DNA of 64,000 nt, taken from Tubulanus polymorphus. Its lineage: Eukaryota; Animalia; Nemertea. Below the pieces are notes generated by a model, which was given only the letters and a program-made list of their open reading frames with translations, did no database searches and was not told the origin of the DNA. A program made the position numbers and the translations under genes. How positions within the stretch are numbered: position 1 is the first letter of the stretch; each line of letters opens with the position of its first letter. The stretch covers positions 4,240,231-4,304,230 of the forward strand of contig NC_134033.1 of NCBI RefSeq assembly GCF_964204645.1, written 5' to 3'. This document shows positions 25,953 to 37,200 of this stretch, piece after piece.

Positions 25953-28900
25953 CATTTGATTGGTTGTCGTTTTCTGCGTTTATTTCGAGCTCGTATTGAT
26001 TTCATATCGATAGTTAGAATAGTGTAAAGAAGCGGGTTCAGAGTTGAGTTTATCGGCAAGAAAAGAACGGCCAGCCAAGCGGCAACCTGGTTCGGTATCT
26101 CGACCGAAAATACGGCGCAAAACTGGACGATTATTAACGGTAACCAGCAAAATAAATTACACAAATTGATGACTAAACTGCGTCGAGCTAGAACGAGTTC
26201 TGTAGGATCAGCTCTACCCGAACCGGACCTGCTTCCGGATACATACTTGTACATCTGCGCGTACGACATCATTATCAGAGTGAGAATGATCGCGTTTAAT
26301 ACAGCGAATATAGCGAACGAATATTGCCAACCATTGACATCTATAGATATTAAATTCATAGGTAAACAGATACCCGTACTACCGTAAAAATTATCACCGA
26401 AATAAGACGACCGAGACAGCGGCAGAAAGGCGATTAAACTCAGAAATATCCAGCATAAACAAGACAGAATCGAAATAATATTTGAGGATAAAACCGGGTT
26501 ACCGGAAAATGGGTCGATGATATTCGAACATCTGAAACGCGTGAGGAGAAGGAGAAATGTTAAAGAGCCTTCACATGATATCGTCACCACAATTCCGGCA
26601 ACACTGCATAATGAACTACGAGTCCAAGTTTCAGTATTCAGGAAATAAACACCCTTATAAACGTGATCAGTTGCAGCGATCAGAAACAGATAAACAGACA
26701 TCAGCAAATCACAAAGCGCGATATTGATGATGAGGATATCCGACGATTTATTTTGCGTTTCTGACGAAACTCGAATCGACCTAAAACGAAATAAGATAAC
26801 GGTAATATTGGAAAGGAATGTAAAACAAGCGATGATCCAGATAACAGCTGTGAGGACAGTGTTCTCAATGAGGTCTGAACACGATGAGAATTGATCAGGA
26901 TCCGGGAGACACCGGTCAATATTCGGCACCATACAACAGAATTTATACGCGTCCGAAGCGAGAAAATATAAAGACGTCAGATTATCGAAGATATTATTTT
27001 CCGTAGAAATTACCGGAGAATTGTTGGTGAAATCTAGAACTCCCAGTGAACTCAACCCAGTAAACGCGTATCTGGATATTGATTCGATTACGTTACTGCT
27101 GATGTTCAAATATTTCAGCGCTGGTAAACCTCGGAATACGTTACGAGTAAGAATCGATATAGAGAGACCTTGGAGATCCATAACCGGAAGAGACGTCAAA
27201 CCATTGAAGCTTCCATCGTTCAAATATCTCAGCGGATTTCCGGCGAGTAAAAGTTGTTTCAAACTGTTTAAACCAGTGAATGTATTAGCATCTAGTGATA
27301 CTAGGCGATTACACGACAAATCTAATGTATTTAGATTGCGTAGATTAGAAAACGCGTTGGAGACAATGTCAGATAAATCATTACGGGAAATATTGAGTAA
27401 GAAAAGGTACAGAAAAGAGGAAAATGTCGATTCATTGAATCTAACTCGGTTATTCGGTAAAATCAAAACTCGAGTCGACGCCGCAAAAATTCGAGAAATA
27501 TCCGATAAAAAAGTATTTTCACAATCGATGAAACGACCTTGACATTTACAATAGTTAGGGCACGTGACGTCGCAGTAAGCCTCGTCATCCGAGTTATGTT
27601 TACAATTAACGACGCCATCGCAAACTTCCGACTGAGGAATACATCGATGTTCGTCAGCGCATTTAAACATTCCCGGACACGAAAACGTTTCGCAATTGAA
27701 TTCATCTTCTGAATTGGGACAATCTGATCGACCATCGCACACGTGTCTAATCGGTATACAGTAAGACGATGGACATTTCACTGTACCAGCTGCACATTCA
27801 AACTCATTACAATTCAGTAAATGTTCGAGTCTTCTACAAACAGGAAAACCTGTCGACATTCTTTCTAAAATACATCTATCTCTTCTCGCGTAACAATGAG
27901 GAGAATCGAATGAACATCTTTGTTTATCCGATTCGGTACAGAGTGAAGTGAAATTGGTCGTGCAGTAGTTCTCTGTAGTGCAGTGAATTCGTGGTTTGAT
28001 TGTTATATTGGTCGTTACTATTTCATCTTCTTCGAGGTCCCCGCCACAATCTACAACACCATCCCGATACAACAGAGAACTGATACATTCGCCATTTACG
28101 CACAAAAACCCGTTACATTCGTCCGAAGAGCAGCCGATCTCATCGGATTTATCTCGACAATCGACCAGTCCATCACATCGTTTATATTTACCCACACATT
28201 GTCCGTCGTTACACTTAAATTGATCAGAGGAACATGAAATATGATAGCACGAGTTCTCATCCGAGCCATCGACGCAATCTCTCATAAAGTCACAGAAACC
28301 GCTAATCGATATAACCTGTCCATCGTTACAGCGGAACTGACTGTGTAAATTGATATCCGTACAATTGAGTTCATCTTCACCGTGTTGACAGTCGTGTCTG
28401 GTATCGCATACGCGATGGTCGCTGATACATCTTTGATCGTTACATTCAAACTGCCACGATTTACAACCGCTTATAGAAGCTAACTCTTCACCAGTTACAT
28501 CATAGGAACATAGCACGGAATGCGCTTCATCTGTGACATTATCGAAGGCAGTCACTGACCATTTCACTGTTTGAAAATACGTTATCCAATCTCTAATTAC
28601 AACTGGTTTTATTGCCACAATTCTTCCGCTTGTATGATTAGTCAGTATAGCGCCATATTGATGCTGATAGTGGAAAACATTTATCAAATGCTGAATTTCA
28701 ATACTAGATGTTATTATACCTATGTCTCCACCGATTGTAAGACACATTTCTCTAGCTGTTTGGATTGTTAAACGTTCAGTGTGGAGCGTTTGCCAGGCTG
28801 TAAGTATTTGATAGCAATGCGCTTCTATACGAATCCACCCTCTTAGACACGTGGAGTTAAATCGTTCAAAGTTGTTTCGAGTTATTTCAGTTTTATCGTT

Positions 28901-31900
28901 TTGTGAAGAAGTATTTAAATCGTTTCTTTCTGTTTCACAAATGAATGTCGTGTGCGTCTCCTCGATTTGACACGGAAATCGAACCCAGTTCACCGATCCT
29001 CGTGGATTATTCAGTATCATCGCCGTACACGGCATATTGACGTCATTTATCGGTTGTTTTCTTAGTGGAGATATCAATCCTCGAATAACTTCTGGTATCG
29101 TTTCATTAACAGCAGCAGGTTTAAACCATTCTGTGTAACTGAACGGTTTCCCATCAGACCACGAATAATAACCACTGGACTCCTTTTAAAACAAACAAAC
29201 AAACAAATATTTGTTATACAATATTGCAGAAAACTCTTTTTGGATTATTTTCTCTGTGTTCTAATCATTTTTGGAATAACTTCATATCTTGACACATGAC
29301 AAGAATATAGATCATAATCATCAAAGCTCAATTAGATGATTGATATTTGATATGTATTTTACCTGCCATTTCAGTCCAATCATCACAATAAGCGCCGCCT
29401 GTGAATATGCCTCATGAAGCAGTTTTGTAGCGAACAGCTTTTTCACGGCCATCATTTCATGTTGAGAGTTGATACTGAGAAGATGTCCACCATATTTCTG
29501 TTGACAGTAAATTTCAGCGTTCTCCCAATTCAGACGTTCGTGTTTAATGTATCTAATACACGAAACGCCTGAATCTATAAAATCTGATCGGCAGCCATTG
29601 ATTCGATGTTTCAGTAAAGGCGATTGTTCTAAAGTGTATTGAATTCGAAATATTGGCATGTACATTGATAACTCAAAATACAAGTCATACCCGAGTAGAC
29701 TGTACAATACAAGTCCTGCTAATGCGTTATTTTCACATATTTTTGTTATATGACGGGTTTCAGTAAAGGAAAATGAATTATTTGGATCATCAAATATTTT
29801 AATAATTTGTCTTAGTAATATTGCCTCCCTTGTGCGGGTACCAACAGATTCGGAGCATGATGTTTGTCCGATAAATTTAAACAGGAATCTGATGTAATGA
29901 TTTATTTTTTTGTCAGTAGGAAAAGAGAAAATAAAGAATATTGTTGAGGAGGTTGATAATCCAGGGAAGTTCGGTGACTGCACGAGTCCACAATCTACAG
30001 CGTCCCAAGAAATTCCACCAAATGTTCCTGGAATATGTAGACTTTGTTTTAATTTCTGACATTTACGTCGTAATACAATCATTAGTGGTGAACTCCAGAA
30101 TTTATATTTAGTGAGTAATAATTTCACATGGTTAAATACGAGACTGGTATTTAACAATTGACTATTGAGACTTATCGCTGAACAGGGATTCATAGCTCCA
30201 CGATAACAACTGTCAATTTGATATTCGTGTTCTGATAATACATCAATATTTTCAATCGGTAGGCGTCGATTTTCAGGTGTAATCATGAGACAGTATGACG
30301 TCATAGTGATTTGTCGTTCTCCTTCCTGTAGAACATACCCGTCACAATCAGTTGGAACTAATTTTAGTGTACCAGTTACTAGTATATCATACCAGTTGTA
30401 AGCGTACGCTACTACAGTAACCGGTCCACCTGATGTAATCAGGCTGACGACAGATCGACCGTAGTATGAACCAGGACAATACGGACCATAGCGTCTAGCT
30501 GTGAAATTACTACCATCAAATATATAAAAACCAGCTCGATCACAATTCTCTGATAAAACTGTTAGTTTTAATCCGCGTGATAAATACTCATAGATGTCGA
30601 TTTTCGAGCTGAGTGCAAATCTACTGATACGATATTGTAACTTCTGTTTCGAATAACGGGGGAACAGACTGTAATGTTGCACTAAACGATTATTTCCAAC
30701 CTACAATAAATACAAACATGGAGTAAATCATCGGTTTTCAATTAATATTCATGCCTTTTATTTTCCTTTTCCATTTAACCGAAAAATATTGCGACTCTGC
30801 CGTTAAAGGGTCACTGACTTATGTTAGATCAGGTTTGATTTCAAAAAATTACAATTTTTGTGAATTTTACACATTATTTCATCGTGAATAAAACAATTTG
30901 AAAGAGGTGAATTGACCATATCATTTCCATGCCGTTTTAACTCACTTTTTTATCTTCCACTTTGACGTCTGTTTCCTTCAATGATTCTATTTTGTAATCG
31001 ATCGACGTTGAATTCCTCAACGATTTTCCGGAAAGATTCTCTGATAACAGTAAACACAATATCACGAGAAATCCGTCAGATTTTACACCTAACGATTCCA
31101 GGTAGATTTCGCCGAGTAAAATATCAGTTCCGACAACCGTTAAACCTTCCAGTTTATAAACTCCGATGACGTCACCGGAAGTGACGAGATCACGTGACCA
31201 GTTGAAGACGACGTACTGCAGTATTTCAGCTGTGATAGACCAGCAGTATAAGCGTTTAGACTGAGTTATTACGTGCGGCCTATCACCAGGAATGAGCACT
31301 CCGGATTTGTTTTTACAGATCGGAATCGATGGATTCGAAATATTCCAATCTGATATTCTATACAGTTTTACAAATAGATTAGTTTCAAAATGTAATCCGG
31401 CCTGTTTCATTGAAAAAGTGACGATAGCTCTGTTAGTTTTAGTGTAAATAGAGATGGGCGGATGTCCCGTTTGTTCCTGTATATTCGTTATAGGTTCACT
31501 TGTGTTCCATCCGTCATAAATTTGAACGGTCAAATCTAAACCCGCCTGTTCTAATCTTAAGTTTATTACCTCAAAAGTCAGATTCATGCCGAAACCCTCT
31601 GGTAACCCGGACCACTCGAGCTGCAGGAAATGACATATTCTATTCATGCCGATAGCAAATTTGTAACCAGTTTTAAGAGTTTGCAATTGTTTCAGTCGGT
31701 AGAACAAACAGTGGTGAACAGTTTTCAGATGTTTTTCCTCCAAACGATAAAATACATAAACTCGACTTCCTTTCACAACATCATTTACATCACTCTTAAA
31801 CATCAACGATAATGAATTACTGCGGTAAATATCTAATTGTTTTCCATCACCGCACAGTAAGTTATCAGAATCGATGATGTGAAGATAGTTATCTCTACAG

Positions 31901-32172
31901 AATATAGACGGCTCGATGTCGTAGTAAACTTGGACGCGAAAGGTACCCGGTAAAGAGCTGTTGACGAACCAACGACATTCAACACCGCGCGTAAACGACG
32001 GATAGTTCGGTGAAACGATGTAACCGGACGTAGAATCGAGTGAAAACCACGTATTGTTACACCGTGAACTGACAGTTACAGACGGTTGGTCGGTAGAGAT
32101 CCGATCAGTCGTCTGAACCGACGACAGTTTCATTAGTAGAATGAGTAATAACGTTAAGAGACTGCGCGTCAT
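25952..32172 (-). CDS. GRL101-like class C LGR (CUB / C-type lectin / LDLa / LRR / 7TM GPCR), copy B, apparently intact, 3 exons, ~1931 aa
   Basis: Exons 32172-30946, 30700-29363 and 29182-25952, joined by phase-0 GT-AG introns (AAA|GTGAGT, TTGTAG|GTT, CAG|GTAAAA, AAAAG|GAG). Signal peptide MTRSLLTLLLILLMKLSSVQT; CUB motif SGYIVSPNYP; CTL motifs WENAEIYC, IGL, WSDG, FICE; LDLa DCxxxSDE repeats; LRRNT CPNYCKC; LRRs; hinge FCC...PDQFSSCSDL; 7TM with CWLP and NPLLY. Confidence 0.92.
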
Positions 32173-32272
32173 GTTGACATTCTCCTCTATTAGTTTAACT
32201 CTAACTACAGCGAGAAGATTTTAATCCAATTAATGTTGGGCGTTTCCGAGTTAGAGAGAGCGGTTGAGAGGA

Positions 32273-32279
32273 TGAGTCA
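32273..32279. promoter_or_regulatory. AP-1-type site TGAGTCA ~100 bp upstream of the GPCR ATG (also 24649-24655, 40576-40582, 55531-55537)
   Basis: Exact consensus within a conserved upstream block in copies A, B, C and E; TGAGTCC in copy D. Function not demonstrated. Confidence 0.3.
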
Positions 32280-32622
32280 GACTACACCGCGCTCACTAAA
32301 AATTAAATTCGATAATCTACGAAACCGAGTAATGATTAACGAGATTTAAAAAATATAATTCGATATTCAGTGCATAGGCAGTTCTATATTTATATATTTA
32401 TACATACAATTTTAAAACGTCCTCCGTCCAGTGGTAAACCGACAACGCTACTGCGGCAAGCGAGGATTCGGTGATAATCCGCTTGGCGTCGCTAGTGGTC
32501 TCTGATTTACCGCGCTGCGAATTCATTCTTCACAAGAGACCGCGCATGCGCAGTTGTGAAACACCTCACGACTATTAGAAGATCCCAATCTTGATCGTCA
32601 GTAGAATATGGTGGCTTTGTTT

Positions 32623-33360
32623 AACAAGAGGACTTCAAAGTCTTGAGGTTCGAAGAAGCTAAGTCTGATGTATAAATCATAAATTACATAAAAGAAAGGC
32701 AAATTATGAAAAAGAAATTAACATTCCATTAGAGAAGATTGCTTGAAAAAATTAATTTGTTTGCCGCTTGCATTGCGCATGGGTAATGTTATTGTTTACA
32801 TCTGACGTCATCGATAGAATGAGGCAGGCGGCTAAGCCTGAATGTCAATCAACATAATTGGTTCACACTAAATAAAAATTGCTTACTTGAAAAACTATGT
32901 TGTGTATCAATCTGGAATTTACGGCACAATATCCGATGCTAGATACCTCGCTTTAAAGATTTATTTGGTGTAAATCGGATCAAAAATGTTTCAAATATTT
33001 TGTTCATATCTTTTGAAGTGGAGGCCGGTGTCGGTGTCGTGTGTAAGTCTGTACGTACGGGTACTGGCGCTTACAACAGGCGCAGCATTGATGGTGTATT
33101 TATGCGCCAGTAGATGAAATGATTTGTTTAACCGCTAAATCGGCGTTCATTACGCATGCTTTCAAAAATGATATTATTTAATATTCATTTAGATATCTTT
33201 ATCATGATGATTATGATATTCTTAAGACAAGCGAATTTTGTCTGTGGACCTATTTCATTGAGGCGTATCAGGCAATCTGGAAAAGAATCTTCCAATTCTG
33301 TCACGTGACTTCATGACTGCAACTTGACGATAGCTTAGGTTCTCATTCTTCGAACCAAAA
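32623..33360. mobile_element. Helentron-associated (HINE/DINE-1-like) non-autonomous element
   Basis: Insertion absent from the homologous C-D spacer. AACAAGAG end followed by hairpin GACTT-CA-AAGTC and subterminal IR GGTTCGAAGAA (32647-32657), matched by TTCTTCGAACC (33346-33356) followed by AAAA. Confidence 0.6.
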
Positions 33361-33665
33361 GGTAGAATTTTTTTTTAAATTGTAGTTTTTCTATCCGTAG
33401 ATAGTCCAGAGCGTAAGGGTCCAAACGGTCAGAGTTAGGTTGGGTTTAGGGTTTTATAGGGAAAAATTATAGGTACAAATGTTATAAATGTAAATGTAGT
33501 TAAAAGTTGCATAGCCGGCAGTCGAGCTTATGTGTTCAAGTCCCATTTTGAAATGTCAAAACTGATAAAGATAATTATCTAAGAACTACTTTAGTATATT
33601 TAAGTGATGATATCTTAACTGCTGAAAAGTGAACTATCTGCAATAAACCGTTAAGCGGTTTCTAA

Positions 33666-33932
33666 CCGCCATTTTGTTAGGGTACTTTTGTCCTGTATTT
33701 TTGGTCATTTTTTTCTCTTTTTTAGGATCCATTTGTAATGCGATTTTTTTGTAACCGATTTTTATATCCCTTTCATGTCGCATTGTTGCAGAAATGACTT
33801 TTGCATAACTGAAAACTATAGATTCATACGGTTTAAATGTTGTTTAAACTGACAATTTCCATCAATGGGCCAAAGAAACGTGATAAAACATGCATCACAA
33901 TACAGGACAAAAGTGCCCTAACAAAATGGCGG
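33666..33932. mobile_element. Foldback/MITE remnant with ~34-bp terminal inverted repeats
   Basis: CCGCCATTTTGTTAGGGTACTTTTGTCCTGTATT versus AATACAGGACAAAAGTGCCCTAACAAAATGGCGG. Single-arm relatives at ~41415-41605 and ~48953-49195. Confidence 0.7.
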
Positions 33933-34241
33933 CTATAGTAACTGTAAGTTATAGGAACCTTGTTATAACGAGTTCGGATATAAAGATTTATCAGTCATTA
34001 CTAACCGAGAATTTCATCCCAAATCGAATAATTTCAATATATTCACACCGGATATGCCGTTTGACGATGGTCGGCAACTTCGGGGTACGCGATAAAAGAA
34101 GCCCCGTTTGGTAGGCGCAGTCTTTACTGTGGTTCATCGTAATATTTTCAAATATCGTATTATGTGTAAAGTTTAGCTAGCGGTTATCACTAAAGCTGCA
34201 TTGTAGAGGAAATAAGTTATAATCATTCATCAATATTACCA

Positions 34242-37200
34242 TCATTTTATTGGTTGTCGTTTTCTGCGTTTATTTCGAGCTCGTATGGATTTCATATCGA
34301 TAGTTAGAATAGTGTAAAGAAGCGGGTTCAGAGTTGAGTTTATCGGCAAGAAAAGAACGGCCAGCCAAGCGGCAACCTGGTTCGGTATCTCGACCGAAAA
34401 TACGGCGCAAAACTGAACGATTATCAACGGTAACCAGCAAAATAAATTACAAAGATTGATGACTAAACTGCGTCGAGCTAGAACGAGTTCTGTAGGATCA
34501 GCTCTACCCGAACCGGACCTGCTTCCCGATACATACTTGTACATCTGCGCGTACGACATCATTATCAGAGTGAGAATGATCGCGTTTAATACAGCGAATA
34601 TAGCGAACGAATATTGCCAACCGTTGACATCTATAGATATTAAATTCATAGGTAAACAGATACCCGTACTACCGTAAAAATTATCACCGAAATAAGACGA
34701 CCGAGACAGCGGTAGAAAGGCGATTAAACTCAGAAATATCCAGCATAAACAAGACAGAATCATAATTATATTTGAGGATAAAACCGGGTTACCGGAAAAT
34801 GGATCGATTATATTCGAATATCTGAAACGCGTGAGGAGAAGGAGAAATGTTAAAGATCCTTCGCAAGATATCGTCACCACAATTCCGGCAACACCGCATA
34901 ATGAACTACGAGTCCAGGTTTCAGAATTCAGAAAATAAACACCTTTATAAACGTGATCAGTTGCAGCGATCAGAAACAGATAAACAGACATCAGGAAATC
35001 ACAAAGCGCGATATTAATGATGAGGATATCCGACGATTTATTTTGCGTTTCTGACGAAACTCGAACCGACCTTAAACGAAATAAGATAACGGTTATATTG
35101 GAAACGAACGTAAAACAAGCGATGATCCAGATAACAGCTGTGAGGACAGTGTTCTCAATGAGGTCTGAACACGATGAGAATTGATCAGGATCCGGGAGAC
35201 ACCGGTCAATATTCGGCGCCATACAACAGAATTTATACGCGTCCGAAGCGAGAAAATATAAAGACGTCAGATTATCGAAGATATTATTTTCCGTAGAAAT
35301 TTTCCGAGAATTGTTGGTGAAATCTAGAACTCCCAGTGAACTCAATCCAGTAAACGCGTATCTGGATATTGATTCGATTACGTTACTGCTGATATTCAAA
35401 TACTTCAGCGCTGGTAAACCTCGGAATACGTTACGAGTAAGAATCGATATAGAGAGTTCACGGAGATCCATAACCGGAAGTGACGTCAAACCGTCGAAGC
35501 TTCCATCGTTCAAATATCTCAGCGGATTTCCAGAGAGTAAAAGTTGTTTCAAACTGTTTAAACCAGTGAATGTATCAGCGTGTAGTGATACTAGGCGATT
35601 AAACGACAGATCTAATGTATTTAGATTGCGTAGATTAGAAAACGCGTTGGAGACAATATCAGATAAATCATTACGGGAAATATTGAGTAAGAAAAGGTAC
35701 AGAAAAGAGGAAAATGTCGATTCATTGAATCTAACTCGATTATTCGATAAAATCAAAACTCGAGTCGACGCGGAAAAAATTCGAGAAATATTCGATAATA
35801 AAGTATTTTCACAATCGATGAAACGACCTTGACATTTACAATAGTTAGGACACGTGACGTCGCAGTAAGCCTCGTCATCCGAGTTATGTTTACAATTAAC
35901 GACGCCATCGCAAACTTCCGACTGAGGAATACATCGATGTTCGTCAGCGCATTTAAACATTCCCGGACACGAAAACGTTTCGCAATTGAATTCATCTTCT
36001 GAATTGGGACAATCTGATCGACCATCGCACACGTGTCTAATCGGTATACAGAAAGACGATGGACATTTCACTGTACCAGCTGGACATTCAAACTCATTAC
36101 AATTCAGTAAATGTTCGAGTCTTCTACAAACAGGAAAACCTGTCGGCATTCTTTCTAAAATACATCTATCTCTTCTCGCGTAACAATGAGGAGAATCGAA
36201 TGAACATCTTTGTTTATCCGATTCTGTACAGAGTGAAGTGAAATTGGTCGTGCAGTAGTTCTCTGTAGTGCAGTGAATTTGTGGTTTGATTGTTATATTG
36301 GTCTTTACTATTTCATCTTCTTCGAGGTCACCGCCACAATCTACAACACCATCCCGATATAACAGAGAACTGATACATTCGCCATTTACGCACAAAAACC
36401 CGTTACATTCGTCCGAAGAGCAGCCGATCTCATCGGATGTATCTTGGCAATCAACCAATCCATCACATCGTTTATATTTACCCACACATTGTCCGTCGTT
36501 ACACTTAAATTGATCAGACGAACATAAAATATGATAGCACGAGTTCTCATCCGAGCCATCGACGCAATCTCTCATAAAGTCACAGAAACCGCTAATCGAT
36601 ATAACCTGTCCATCGTTACAGCGGAACTGACTGTGTAAATTTATACCCGCACAATTGAGTTCATCTTCACCGTGTTGACAGTCGTGTCTGGTATCACATA
36701 CGCGATGGTCGCTGATACATCTTTGATCGTTACATTTAAACTGCCACGATTTACAACCGCTTACAGAAGCTAACTCTTCATCAGTTACATCATAGGAACA
36801 TAGCACGGAATGCGCTTCATCTGTGACATTATCGAAGGCAGTCACTGACCATTTCACTGTTTGAAAATATGTTATCCAATCTCTAATTACAACTGGTTTT
36901 ATTGCCATAATTCTTCCGCTGGTATGATTTGTCAGTATAGCGCCATATTGATGCAGATAGTGGAAAACATTTATCAAGTACTGGATTTCAATATTAGATG
37001 TTATTATACCTATGTCTCCGCCGATTGTAAGACACATTTCTCTGGCGGTTTGGATTGTTAAACTTTCAGTATGGAGCGTTTGCCAGTCTGTAAGTATCTG
37101 ATAGCAATGCGCTTCTATATGAATCCATCCTCTTAGACACGTGGAGTTAAATCGTTCGAAGTTGTTCCGTGCTATTTCAGTTGTATCGTTTTGTGAAGAT

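Noticed and set aside
27021-27542. Recurrent + strand ORFs of 173-271 aa (also 35311, 43001, 50059, 61187) and other short ORFs overlapping the GPCR exons
   Set aside because: Antisense or off-frame shadows of the LRR/LDLa coding sequence; they recur only because the gene is duplicated.
29321-29362. Conserved read-through tail VKYISNINHLIEL after exon 2 (and VS after exon 1) as separate gene ends
   Set aside because: These are intron sequences after canonical donors; splicing joins the three ORFs in frame and completes the CTL domain.
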